64,000 bases of DNA from an uncultured Kofleriaceae bacterium (GTDB lineage: Bacteria; Myxococcota_A; Polyangia; HGW-17), in assembly GCA_964618145.1 (NCBI GenBank), contig CAZTZR010000002.1, positions 384-64,383 of the forward strand. The letters are read 5' to 3'. Every line of letters begins with the position of its first letter. The stretch's first letter is position 1. The position numbers and the translations under genes are program-made. Below, one piece after another: positions 18,900 to 28,800 of the stretch. The notes beneath the pieces were generated by a model, which saw only the letters and a list, made by a program, of their open reading frames with translations, had not been told where the DNA came from and made no database searches.

Positions 18900-18997
18900 C
18901 CCGAATCCTCATTCACGGGCCTTTGCCCGGTCTTGAGAAATCCCATTTTCGGGAAGAAAAAACAACTTCTATTCGTCCTTTCGACAGAAGTTTTGTC

Positions 18998-19026
18998 TTG
19001 CTTTTCGAAAAGGTCTCCATTATAAG
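18998..19026 (+). promoter_or_regulatory. Candidate sigma70-type promoter for the tRNA-Ser/ffs/dnaX transcription unit (TTGCTT - 17 bp - TATAAG)
   Basis: -35 and -10 hexamers with 17-bp spacing, ~40 nt upstream of the first tRNA 5' end. Confidence 0.3.
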
Positions 19027-19066
19027 ACTCAGTCGGTAAGAGAAAGGACTTCGCCTTTCTCCATCC

Positions 19067-19154
19067 GGAGAGATGTCCGAGTGGTCGAAGGAGCCTGACT
19101 CGAAATCAGGTGTACGAGTTATCGTACCGGGGGTTCGAATCCCTTTCTCTCCGC
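19067..19154 (+). tRNA. tRNA-Ser (anticodon CGA), long variable arm, no encoded CCA
   Basis: Cloverleaf read by eye: acceptor GGAGAGA/TCTCTCC, anticodon stem CCTGA/TCAGG, loop CTCGAAA, T-loop GGTTCGAATCC. Confidence 0.85.
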
Positions 19155-19196
19155 GACATTCCGGTCATCTTGACCGGAAGTGAACGAATCATCTCT

Positions 19197-19284
19197 GGAG
19201 AGATGTCCGAGTGGCCGAAGGAGCACGATTGGAAATCGTGTGTGTCGCAAGGCACCGAGGGTTCGAATCCCTCTCTCTCCGCCA
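19197..19284 (+). tRNA. tRNA-Ser (anticodon GGA), long variable arm, CCA encoded
   Basis: Same acceptor/D-arm as the upstream tRNA; anticodon stem CACGA/TCGTG, loop TTGGAAA; ends ...CTCTCTCCGCCA. Confidence 0.85.
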
Positions 19285-19286
19285 TG

Positions 19287-19398
19287 TCAGCCTTTGAGGC
19301 TCCGGGCGACGCAAGCTTTGTGAACCCCGCCAGGTCCGGAAGGAAGCAACGGTAGCTTGGCAAGCGGGTGCCTGGAGCCTCAAGGGCTGCTTTTTTTC
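19287..19398 (+). ncRNA. ffs: Signal recognition particle RNA (4.5S RNA, small bacterial type) with 3' U-tract
   Basis: Conserved domain IV motif CCAGGUCCGGAAGGAAGCAAC (19331-19351) inside a long hairpin closed by CAGCCUUUGAGGCUCC / GGAGCCUCAAGGGCUG (19288-19303 with 19375-19390), followed by CTTTTTTTC. Canonical position upstream of dnaX. Confidence 0.75.
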
Positions 19399-19409
19399 AG
19401 GTTCCTCCC

Positions 19410-21233
19410 ATGGCATATCTGGTTCTGGCCCGCCGTTATCGACCGTCCACTTTCGCCGAACTGGTGGGGCAGGATCATATTGTCACCATACTATCCAATG
19501 CCATCACCTCTTCGCGTGTGCATCATGCCTTCCTGTTCACAGGTGCACGCGGCACCGGCAAAACCACCACTGCCCGGATCCTCGCCAAAAGCATCAATTG
19601 TGTGAATGGGCCCACGGTCACACCCTGCAATGCCTGTTCCCATTGTCTTGATATTGCAGCCTGCAAGGATGTAGACGTTCTCGAGATTGACGGGGCCACC
19701 AATACAGGTGTTGACAGCGTTCGTGCACTCAGGGAAGACATCCGCTATCTTCCGGCCTCCGGGAAATACCGCATTGTCATCATTGATGAAGTCCACATGC
19801 TCACCACTTCCGCATTCAATGCGTTGCTCAAGACGCTGGAAGAACCTCCTCCCCATGTGATCTTCATTCTTGCCACCACCGAACCCCACAAGATTCCTGC
19901 CACCATCCTGTCCCGGGTGCAGCGGTTTGATTTCCATCGCGTCGACGCCGATGTGCTGACAAACTATTTGATGGGTCTTCTTCAAAGTGAGGGTTTTTCA
20001 GCAAAGCGGGATGCGCTTCGAATCATCGCCCTGGAAGGTGAAGGCAGTGTGCGGGACAGCCTCAGTCTTCTGGACCAGGTTCTTGCTCACCACATCGAGG
20101 GAGAAATCACCGCCGAAGAGGTCAGCAGGGTTCTTGGTCTTTCCGATCGTCGGGCCCTGCTCCAGATGGCATTTGCCCTCCTGTCGCGCAATGGCCAGGA
20201 AGTTTTCGACCTTTTGCAGACCATATTCCGGGATGGTCATGACCTGGTGCACTTCACCAAATCCCTGGCGGGTTGCCTCAGGGATCTCGCCCTGTGCCGA
20301 CTGGCAGAAGATCCCTTGAAGTTCCTGCCATTGACTCCTGCTGAAATCACTGAAATCACTGAAAAAACCAGGTCCCATACCCCCGAACACATCACCCATC
20401 TGTTTTCCCGTGTTTTTTTCGGCATCGACCAGGTTGCCCGAGCCCCTTCAGCAAGAATGGCACTGGAGATGGTCCTGTGTGAAATCCTTCTTGCCGAGCC
20501 ACTGGCTCCGCTTTCCGATCTCTTTTCCAGACTTGAAAATCTGGAAACCCGAAATCCCGGATCCTTCCAGGCTACACAGGCTGTCCTGTCACCCAAGCCT
20601 CAAAAAGGCCGTTCCCGTGATTCTTCACCCCATACTACGGCTCAGGAAAATCCGGCCTTCGATCGAAAATCGCCTCCTGCAGATCCGGCGAGCCCTCCTG
20701 CCACCACAAGTACAATCCCCGTAGCCGAAACCATGCCGCAAACCGTAGACAACCCGGCTGTATCACCTTCGGCACCCGACGGTTTCGACCTGCAGGCATG
20801 GCTCGCCTTTTTGGCCGTCATCAGGCCTGCTTTTCCCACTCTCAGCATGCTTCTGGATGACGGGAAATTCTGCGGAGCCCGCGTGCTGGATGGGGTTTGG
20901 GATATTCAACTGTGGTTTGAAAAGGGCAGGCATGACTTCAATGTCCAGCGGTTAAGGGACAATCTTTCAATACTCAACGAACAACTATCCATCCAACTAG
21001 GTTCGGCTCGTGTGGTTCTGCTGCATTCTGACAAACCTCCTTCCCTCTCACAAACATCGCATCCCGTGCAGGGAATCGGATTGGGGTCCTCGGCCAGGGA
21101 AATGCGGGAACGCAAGGTGGCCCGGGAACAATTGCGTTCCAGGGAACATATGAACCAGCATCCGTTCATCAGGCAACTGGTGGACAAACTCCATGGTGAA
21201 ATCACGGAATTCCGCGATTTGAGCCTTGACTGA
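19410..21233 (+). CDS. dnaX: DNA polymerase III subunit gamma/tau
   Basis: MAYLVLARRYRP N-terminus, Walker A GARGTGKTT, zinc module CxxC..CxxC, SRC/sensor motifs. The track start at 19368 would overlap ffs. Confidence 0.9.
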   Translation: MAYLVLARRYRPSTFAELVGQDHIVTILSNAITSSRVHHAFLFTGARGTGKTTTARILAKSINCVNGPTVTPCNACSHCLDIAACKDVDVLEIDGATNTGVDSVRALREDIRYLPASGKYRIVIIDEVHMLTTSAFNALLKTLEEPPPHVIFILATTEPHKIPATILSRVQRFDFHRVDADVLTNYLMGLLQSEGFSAKRDALRIIALEGEGSVRDSLSLLDQVLAHHIEGEITAEEVSRVLGLSDRRALLQMAFALLSRNGQEVFDLLQTIFRDGHDLVHFTKSLAGCLRDLALCRLAEDPLKFLPLTPAEITEITEKTRSHTPEHITHLFSRVFFGIDQVARAPSARMALEMVLCEILLAEPLAPLSDLFSRLENLETRNPGSFQATQAVLSPKPQKGRSRDSSPHTTAQENPAFDRKSPPADPASPPATTSTIPVAETMPQTVDNPAVSPSAPDGFDLQAWLAFLAVIRPAFPTLSMLLDDGKFCGARVLDGVWDIQLWFEKGRHDFNVQRLRDNLSILNEQLSIQLGSARVVLLHSDKPPSLSQTSHPVQGIGLGSSAREMRERKVAREQLRSREHMNQHPFIRQLVDKLHGEITEFRDLSLD

Positions 21234-21243
21234 AGAGGCTGTG

Positions 21244-21585
21244 ATGTCCAATCCTTTTGACTTGAATCAACTCGGATCCCTTCTTCCCGGTTTGAATGAA
21301 CTTCCGCAGAAAATGGAGAAAATCCAGAAGCGGTCCGCCCAGGAAACGGTAACCGCCGAAACCGGTGGTGGACTTGTCACCATGGAGGCTACTGCCAACA
21401 TGCGGGTGAAGCGCGTTGTTTTGTCCGATTCCCTGCTTGAACTCAATGACCGGGAAATGACAGAGGATCTTGTAGCCTCCTGCTGCAATCTCATCATCGA
21501 ACGATGCCGGGAAAAGGCCCAATCCATTGCCACCGAAGAACTGGGGGCCATGGCATCTTTTCTGCAAAACAATCCCCTTTTCTGA
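21244..21585 (+). CDS. ybaB: Nucleoid-associated protein YbaB/EbfC
   Basis: ~113 aa with the characteristic GGGLV (TAETGGGLVTMEA) core. Position between dnaX and recR. Confidence 0.85.
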   Translation: MSNPFDLNQLGSLLPGLNELPQKMEKIQKRSAQETVTAETGGGLVTMEATANMRVKRVVLSDSLLELNDREMTEDLVASCCNLIIERCREKAQSIATEELGAMASFLQNNPLF

Positions 21586-21606
21586 TTTTGTCGTTCTCGG
21601 TTTTTC

Positions 21607-22212
21607 ATGTCAACCCTTCTGCCGCCCAGCCTTACGGAACTAGTAACGGCCTTGTCACAACTTCCTGGCATTGGAAACAAGACCGCCCGCAGACACGCTT
21701 TTCACCTGATCGAAGGTCCACCGGATCGTCTCCAGAGACTCTCGGAGGCCCTCGAGCGCGTTCAACAGGAACTTTCCCGTTGTTCCATCTGCGGTTTCTT
21801 CGCCTCGGATGTTTCCGGATGTCCCATCTGCACGCGCCATGAACGTCACACCCGAGAACTTTGTGTCGTTGGTCGTATCCAGGATGTGCTCGCCATTGAG
21901 GAGGCTGGCATTTATCAGGGACGATATCATGTTCTCGGAGGATACGTATCTCCGTTGAACCGTGTGTTTCCCGAAAACCTGCGTATCCGCGAATTGCTTG
22001 AGCGCATCGAACCTGAAAAAATCCAGGAAATCATTCTCGCTTTTGATGCCAATCTCGATGCGGATTTTACCGAAAAATACCTGGTGGATGCCCTTCCCAA
22101 ATCCATTGTCATTCATCGGATAGCCGCAGGGATTCCTTTTGGCGGGGAACTTGAGTACACCGATGGTGTCACCCTCTCCCATGCTTTCTCCCTGAAAAGA
22201 CCCATTTCATAA
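21607..22212 (+). CDS. recR: Recombination protein RecR
   Basis: HhH (LPGIGNKTARR), C4 zinc finger (CSICGFF...CPIC), Toprim domain. Confidence 0.92.
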   Translation: MSTLLPPSLTELVTALSQLPGIGNKTARRHAFHLIEGPPDRLQRLSEALERVQQELSRCSICGFFASDVSGCPICTRHERHTRELCVVGRIQDVLAIEEAGIYQGRYHVLGGYVSPLNRVFPENLRIRELLERIEPEKIQEIILAFDANLDADFTEKYLVDALPKSIVIHRIAAGIPFGGELEYTDGVTLSHAFSLKRPIS

Positions 22213-22287
22213 CGGTATTTTTTCAGAAAAGTTTGTTTTTATTGAATGGGGAATTTGGGTCTGAACGACCGTTCGATGACAGGAGGA

Positions 22288-22842
22288 TCAGCCACCGCGT
22301 GTCTTGACGATGGCGAAACTGAATCGAACGTATTTGGCACGCGTGGCGGTCAGCATGACCTGGTTCACCAGTTTCCAGGGAATATTGGTATCTGCCGCAA
22401 TGAATGCGTCTCCCTGGAAATTCGCTTCCGACCCTGCCGCTCCACCCCTGGCATCAATTTCCTTCTGACGGATTTCATCCAGGGCATCCTTGAGTGCATT
22501 GATGATGAAGCCGTCAGATGTATCGGAAGAAGCCACGGTCCCGTTGGTGACGGCTACAATCTTCTTGCCTTTCACCACGATGGTGGTACGGGAAATCTGG
22601 ATGTCCACACATTCCACCATGTTGCTCATGGAATCCGACTTCGGAACCATCAACTCGTTTTTCTTCTGGGGAACCTGCATCGGATCGGATCCGTAACTCT
22701 TCAGAAGAAAGATCAGGATGATGGTGAGAGCGTCCATCAGGGAGGTGATGGTCAGCGGATTGTCCCCAGGAGTCCAGGGCTTTTTCTTTTTGGATTTCAT
22801 CTGCTCGAATAACAGTTCGTCTTCCGTTTTCACATCAGACAT
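22288..22842 (-). CDS. TolR/ExbD/AglS-like proton-channel stator subunit (paralog 2), Asp present in TM helix
   Basis: LTITSLMDALTIILIFLL TM helix with conserved Asp; ExbD/TolR periplasmic fold length. Confidence 0.75.
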   Translation of the reverse strand: MSDVKTEDELLFEQMKSKKKKPWTPGDNPLTITSLMDALTIILIFLLKSYGSDPMQVPQKKNELMVPKSDSMSNMVECVDIQISRTTIVVKGKKIVAVTNGTVASSDTSDGFIINALKDALDEIRQKEIDARGGAAGSEANFQGDAFIAADTNIPWKLVNQVMLTATRAKYVRFSFAIVKTRGG

Positions 22843-22855
22843 GAGAGTACTCCTT

Positions 22856-23509
22856 TTAGGGACGACCCACAGCTACGAGGGGGAACATACAGTTGCCTTC
22901 AAGGGCCCAGTCCTTGTCGCCTGCCTTTTTCTTGAACATGCAGGCCAGGGTGCTTCCCTTGATGGCATCCGGTGTTTCGGCCCGGGCTTCCGGAGGAAGT
23001 TCACGGGCGGCATCCAGCGTTTCAATGACGGTTTCGTACAGGATGGTGTCTTCCGGCACGATGGTCACCTTGCCCCAGTCAGAGAAACCACCGGACTTGG
23101 CATCCTTGGACCCGTCCAGGGAATTGTTCTTGTAGTAGGGCTTGTAGAACTTGTCGAACAGGAACTTGCGAAGGGCGCTTGCGTTGTACACGCGCTTGCC
23201 GCCGGCGTGCGTCACCGGAATGCAGACCCGGTTGTTGGCGGTCGCCTGGGGACAGGCGGAACCACCGGCCTTGGTCGTGACATCGTAGCCGTCCTGCTTG
23301 ATATTGATGGTCAAGCCCAGGGATTTCTGGGTATCATCCTGTTTCTGCTGCTGGGACCGCGACTGCCTCGGCGTGTCGACCAGAACAATACCGATCTGGA
23401 TGAATTGCGCGCTCAGCAGAAGGAACGGAATCAGCAGGCACAGCAGATTCATGATCGGCATCAGATTCAGGTCTTCCATTTTTTCATCAACAGCCATCTT
23501 TTTGCCCAT
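22856..23509 (-). CDS. TolR/ExbD/AglQ-like subunit (paralog 1) with Cys-containing periplasmic insertion; TM helix lacks the canonical Asp
   Basis: EDLNLMPIMNLLCLLIPFLLL TM helix motif; 217 aa. Confidence 0.7.
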   Translation of the reverse strand: MGKKMAVDEKMEDLNLMPIMNLLCLLIPFLLLSAQFIQIGIVLVDTPRQSRSQQQKQDDTQKSLGLTINIKQDGYDVTTKAGGSACPQATANNRVCIPVTHAGGKRVYNASALRKFLFDKFYKPYYKNNSLDGSKDAKSGGFSDWGKVTIVPEDTILYETVIETLDAARELPPEARAETPDAIKGSTLACMFKKKAGDKDWALEGNCMFPLVAVGRP

Positions 23510-23609
23510 GACTATGACTCCTCAGCCAATGGTTATCCGGTACAATCCCGGAATCCTTGCCTGTAGCGGCCACTCCGCGGGAAGGCCGCCCCTGTGACAA
23601 CAAGACAAA

Positions 23610-24245
23610 TCAGCGGGCGCGGGTCAGGCGCCGGGCCAGCAGGTTGTCCAGTTTGGTTGAGAACAGTTCCACGTCGTCGATGATCTTCTTGGTGAAGGAG
23701 GTCAGCAGAAGATGTGCGGTCAGACAGGGAACCGCAACGATCAGACCGAACGCGGTGGTGTTCATGGCGATGGCGATACCGCTGGAGAGAACCGCGGAGC
23801 GGTTTTCGGGGGTCGCCTGACCAAGAGCGTCGAACGCCGCGATCATACCAAGAATCGTTCCGAGCAGACCGCAAAGGGTGGCGATGTTGGCCACGCCCTG
23901 CAGGGCCGGGGTACGACGGGTCACTTCCGGAGCGATTTCCAGTTTGGCTTCCTCAATGGCTGCAGACACGGCAGCGGCGCCATCGCCGTACTTGGTCAGT
24001 CCGGCCTTGATCACCCGGGGAAGCGCTGCGGTGGGGGCAGCATTGCAGAGCTTGATGGCAGAGTCGATGTTGTTGGCTCCCACCAACTGCATGATCTGGC
24101 TCATGAAAGCTTCCGCATTGATGTTGTAGCGGAAAAGAAGGAAAATGGACCGTTCAATGATGATTGCGATACCGAATGCAGAAGCAAACAGAATCACGTA
24201 CATGAATTCGCCACCATCAACAAATGCCTTTGCGAGACCACTCAT
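23610..24245 (-). CDS. TolQ/ExbB/MotA/AglR-like proton channel subunit
   Basis: Three TM helices, conserved C-terminal helices (GIAIAMNTTAFGLIVAVP). Confidence 0.8.
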   Translation of the reverse strand: MSGLAKAFVDGGEFMYVILFASAFGIAIIIERSIFLLFRYNINAEAFMSQIMQLVGANNIDSAIKLCNAAPTAALPRVIKAGLTKYGDGAAAVSAAIEEAKLEIAPEVTRRTPALQGVANIATLCGLLGTILGMIAAFDALGQATPENRSAVLSSGIAIAMNTTAFGLIVAVPCLTAHLLLTSFTKKIIDDVELFSTKLDNLLARRLTRAR

Positions 24246-24424
24246 TTGTACTTCCTCCGAATGGGCAAGATGCCCGGTTAAAGTGAGTTAAACCTATAAA
24301 AACTGTTTGAGAAAATCAATTGTTATTCTCTCTTCAAAAGTCGAATTCGCCCGGGCATTTCCGCAGGCGCTGGCATTTATAACGTATTTTCCCGCCCATG
24401 GGAAAGAAAATTGTACGCATTCCA

Positions 24425-24673
24425 TCAGAAAGGTCCTTTTCCAAGCGATTCATGGATTTTCCTCAGGAAATTCTGGAAAAACCGGGGATCTTTTTCATCC
24501 CATCGCCAGAAACCCCCGTATTCCCATGCCTTGAAAATCTCGAAACGGGGACGGGGGATCTGTACCTCAAGGACGTCTGAATCATTTTTCGCTCCCTGGG
24601 CAGCGGCAGGGGAGATCTTTCCAGCGGAATAAAACAAACAACTCATGAACAGCAAAAAGTGAATGATTTTCAT
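24425..24673 (-). CDS. Small secreted protein (signal peptide, ~60-aa mature region, Trp-rich)
   Basis: ORF start overlaps the stop of the upstream TPR lipoprotein gene, so it sits inside the operon. Signal peptide MKIIHFLLFMSCLFYSAG. Confidence 0.4.
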   Translation of the reverse strand: MKIIHFLLFMSCLFYSAGKISPAAAQGAKNDSDVLEVQIPRPRFEIFKAWEYGGFWRWDEKDPRFFQNFLRKIHESLGKGPF

Positions 24674-25809
24674 TATTTGGATCCTTTTCCAAGACTGTCG
24701 ATCCGCTGCTTCGCCTGTTCCATCCAGGATTCCACCCGGATCTGCAACGCTCGATCGGGGGACTTCTGTTTTTTCAGGGAATCCCTTACTGCCCTGGCAT
24801 GAAACATGGCCTTTTCCATTCTGGCCTTTTCAGCAAGATTGCCTATCTGTGGATACTCTTCCATACTGATGTACAAAAGAGCCAGATTGTAATGGCACTT
24901 TTCGCAGTTTTTATTGAGATTCAACGCATACTCCAACTTGGTCAGGGCCTGGGACGCCTTTTTTTGCATCATATAGCCGGCACCAAGATTCAGGGGCAGA
25001 CGCCACTCCCGGCTCAGTGCGCCCTTTGCTGCAAGTTTCTCGGCATTCTCCAGGACGGTGACGGCCTGGTTCACTTCCTGCCTTTCCAGCAGCAACACCC
25101 CCAGCAGGAACTGGGCTTCCCCGTGACCAGCCAGCGATGAATGCGACAAATACTTTTCCGCCTGGGACTTCAGGCCGATGGCACCAATGTTCATGCCTTT
25201 GCTTTCAGCGTTTTTCGCCTGGAAAACAAAATATTTCCCCATCATGAAATGCCATCCCGCCCCCGGTTCCGTGGGGGGATTCTGCTTCTTGTGCATCCCC
25301 TCGACGTATTCGAGTACGGAACGCAGTTTTTCCATGTTTTCCTGCTGATAGTGGATGGTGGCCATCACCATGAGGGCATCCACATTGGAGAAGTCCAGTT
25401 TGAGAACATCTGTAATCAGCCGGAAAGCCTCGGCGTAGGCGGCTTCGGTTTTCTTCTCGGCATGTTTGGCCGCCTGGTTCACGAGGACCTTGATACGTTC
25501 CGGTTCGGACAAATCCCCGGTCTCGGCGGTACCCGATTCGGTGCCCTCGCCCCCCGCAACAACCCCCTCGCCACCTTCACCGGAGGAACCTTCATCCCCG
25601 GTTTCCGTGGAAGTGGTTGTGGCGGGCTTTTTCGGGTCGGAAGAGTCCGTTTTTCCGGTTTTCGTTTCGGTAAACGGGTCCTTGTCCGCAGTGGTCTTTC
25701 CCTTTTTCTTGGTGCATCCTGCCCCCGCCATCGCGAAAACAAGCACCATGCAGAGCTGTGCCAGAATGAACTGGCGATACGGTTCCAGCGCGGAGATCCT
25801 TCTCATCAC
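24673..25809 (-). CDS. TPR-repeat lipoprotein with low-complexity Thr/Gly/Glu-rich linker
   Basis: Lipobox MAGAGC; TPR-like helices (AEKYLSHSSLAGHGEAQFLLGVLLLERQE..., NCEKCHYNLALLYISMEEY). Confidence 0.6.
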   Translation of the reverse strand: MMRRISALEPYRQFILAQLCMVLVFAMAGAGCTKKKGKTTADKDPFTETKTGKTDSSDPKKPATTTSTETGDEGSSGEGGEGVVAGGEGTESGTAETGDLSEPERIKVLVNQAAKHAEKKTEAAYAEAFRLITDVLKLDFSNVDALMVMATIHYQQENMEKLRSVLEYVEGMHKKQNPPTEPGAGWHFMMGKYFVFQAKNAESKGMNIGAIGLKSQAEKYLSHSSLAGHGEAQFLLGVLLLERQEVNQAVTVLENAEKLAAKGALSREWRLPLNLGAGYMMQKKASQALTKLEYALNLNKNCEKCHYNLALLYISMEEYPQIGNLAEKARMEKAMFHARAVRDSLKKQKSPDRALQIRVESWMEQAKQRIDSLGKGSK

Positions 25810-25820
25810 GTATTCTCCTC

Positions 25821-28800
25821 TTACCTGGTCAGACTTTCCACCTCGGGCAAATAGGTTCGCCGAAGGGACTTCTTCCCGGAAAAGACACGGTATTCCTCCA
25901 GCGCCTCTTCAATAAGACCACTGGACAGTTTTTCAGCCTCCACCAACTCATACAGCGTGGCAAAGGTCTTGTTGTACTCGTCCGTGATTTTGTCCAGGGG
26001 TACAATGGCCAGATCCTGCTCTTTTCCATCGATGGTGACACGATACGTCTGCTGGTAGTAGGTCTTCTGGCTCCACTTCAGGAAACAGGTTTCCTTTTCC
26101 TCGGCTTTGGTCTGGGTACAGCCGGACTTCTTGACTTCCTCTTCATCCTTCATGGCCTCCCGCGCCAGGGCCACCGGATTGGGCGCCTCCTCGAAGGCCC
26201 GGATCCCACGATAGAGCAACTGCATCTTCAATGCCAGCAAATCCCCCTTGATCTGGGCCACCTGCTTGCGGAACACACCCTTTTGTTCCTTGTACCAGTC
26301 ATATCCCCGGGCCAGGTTGTCCAGGGCACTGCCATTGCCCAGCATCAGGGTCACCGTGTTGGTGGCTGACTGGAAGACACTCATGAATGCCAGCGTTGGC
26401 AACACGTTCGCCAGCAACTGCTGGATGTCCTCCATCTTTCCCTCATCCGGCTTGATCTTTTTGAGGATGTCCTCTGCCTTGGTAATCGCCGGGTTGTTCT
26501 GTCCCGAATATCGCTTCTTGACGCTGGCCAGGGCCTTTTGTGCATGGGGCAATTGGTCCCGAAGGAACTTGGAATTGCTGTCCGGGCTGAGTTTCTGGCT
26601 GGCCGCGCCCAGGGACTGCTGCTCCTTGAGGATGGCCGTGATGTCCTTTCGTGCCATGATGGTCTTCTGTGCCGCTGCGGCAAAGTCACCCGAAGCCGAG
26701 AGATCCTTGATGAAATTCGGATATTTCTTGTTGAGGGACTGGTACTTGTTGACAGCGGCCTGCACATCCTTGTTCGGTACGGAACCAGGCTCGGCCTGCA
26801 CCTTCTGGATCAACTGGATGGCCGTCACCAGTTCGACCAGTTCAGCCTGGACTTCCTGGATGATCTTGTTCTTGTCTTCTTCGAGTTTGTTGAAGCGGGC
26901 GACAATCTCGTCACTCTTGCCCTGCAACTGCTTGACCCAGGTCTGGTAATTCATGGCAACCCGTTCATAGGCATCAATTTCCACAGTGGTTTTCTCGCTG
27001 AACGGGTTTTCAAAACTCCTCACCAGGGCGTTCTCGGCAAACTGGATCAGGGCGATGGCATAGTTGATCACCATGATTCCAGGATCGAGCCCTTCGCGTA
27101 CACCCTGATCATAAAGTTGCTTGTACTCTTCGAGAAGTTTTACATATTCCTCGCCGGCCTTTTTGGCCCGGTCCGCATGGCGGGTCTGGAGGGCCTGCAA
27201 CATCTTCCAGTGGTTCGCCTTGCGGAACATCAGATCCAGCCGGGCTTTCCACATGCTTTCGTTTTCCTTGCTTTTGACCTTTGCCAGGGGTACATAGCCG
27301 TCCAGGAATTTCTCGTACTGCTCAATGCGGGAGATGATATCCCGCACAACCGTTTCGGAAGAAGTTTTCCGGGCCAGTTCATCCATGTGCATGTTGAAAA
27401 CGATGTCGGTATAAAAGAGCGTCTTGTCCGAGACCGTTACCCGGCATTTTCCGCCTGAACACTCCGGACGAACCATATAGAAGTTTTCGAGGTTTTCCTC
27501 GCTCACACCCATGCGCTGCGCCACCTGCTTGAGCATGTCGTTTTCGGACACTTCAAACACCCTGTTGTATGTCTTTTTCCCCTTCCGGAAAATCTCGAGC
27601 AACCGATCGGCCTGGGCCAGGGCCCGGTTGAACTGCTTCGGACCGCCGGTCCGGTATATGGAGAAGAGGTTTTCTTCGGCCAGGATGCGGTAGGTGCTTT
27701 CCTCACGGGTATCAATCTTGCCACCCGCCCGGCGAATCCGCCAGGCGCCTGCCTTCACGACGGTCAACTCCTGCCACATTTTCAGGGCCAGATCCTCCAT
27801 GAAGAACTTCGTGGCAGCCTGGGCCAACTCAAAGAGGATTTCCTGCTTGTAGGCTTCCTCGTGGGCCAACGCCATCATGCGCCCCGTGGGTTCCTCGTAA
27901 ATCCTGCGGTGCAGGATCTCAATGGCTCCCGGATAATCCCCCAACTCCTTGTAGCATGTATAGATTTTCCAGTAGACCCCGAAGAGGTTTTTCTCGAACT
28001 CCCGGACTTTGGCGGTTTCCTTGTCATCGGGACGCCGGTCCTTCATCATGGTTTCCAACTGACGGTAAATCAGCAGGGTTTCACGCCATTTTTTCGTATC
28101 GTTCTTGCCGTCCTTCTTGAGTGCCTCCGCCTCGGCAAACACATCCTCGGCCTTTTTGACCAACTCGTTGAATTCCAGTGCAGAAATCATCATCATCAGT
28201 TCGCGGTGTTCCTTGTCTCCGCCACATTTCTGCTTTTCCAGACGCTTGATGGCCGCTTCCCGCTCGGCCACAAACGTGGATTGCGCCGCGGGGTCCACAT
28301 CCTGGAACTTGTAGGACAGGAACAACTTGATGGAAGCATTCATGGCCGCCGTATGGGTGCAATATTTTTCCAGAATCTGCCAATACAACTTCCTGGCTTC
28401 CTCAATTTGCCCGAAATGCAGGTAGATATCGGCGATGTTGTTGAAAAACACCGGCGAATTGTTGTGCGCCGGGAAGATCTTCATGTACTCGTATGCATCC
28501 TGGATATAGTCCTTGAAGTCCGCTGTCAGTTCCCGGGGCTCATATCTGACTTTTTTGTCCTCATCCTTGACATCAAAGGGCGGCTCTGGAATTTTCAGAT
28601 CCATTTTCTGATCGTAAATGGAATAGATCATTTCAGCGGCATCCCGCTGGTGTCGGCTGCCGAGATGGGAATCCCGCACGCGCCGCCCCCAGTTCAGGGC
28701 GGTCTGGATGAACTCGCGGCGCTGTTCCTCCGAGGAGGCCAGATCGATAATGTAACTGTGGTAGATGATCAATATATTGTACATGGAAGTATATTCCATG

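Noticed and set aside
18900-19400. tRNA-Ser pair as an integration hotspot for a genomic island or prophage
   Set aside because: No integrase, direct repeat of a tRNA 3' end or foreign-composition DNA follows. The downstream genes are ffs-dnaX-ybaB-recR core genes.
19368-19409. dnaX start at 19368 (MPGASRAAFFQVPP...)
   Set aside because: This start would lie inside the SRP RNA terminal helix and U-tract. Conserved DnaX begins at MAYLVLARRYRP.
22288-24245. Canonical Tol-Pal system annotation for tolQ/tolR
   Set aside because: There are two TolR paralogs, and no tolA, tolB, pal or ybgC/ybgF is adjacent. The upstream genes are giant TPR proteins instead. Called Agl/Exb-like, not Tol-Pal.
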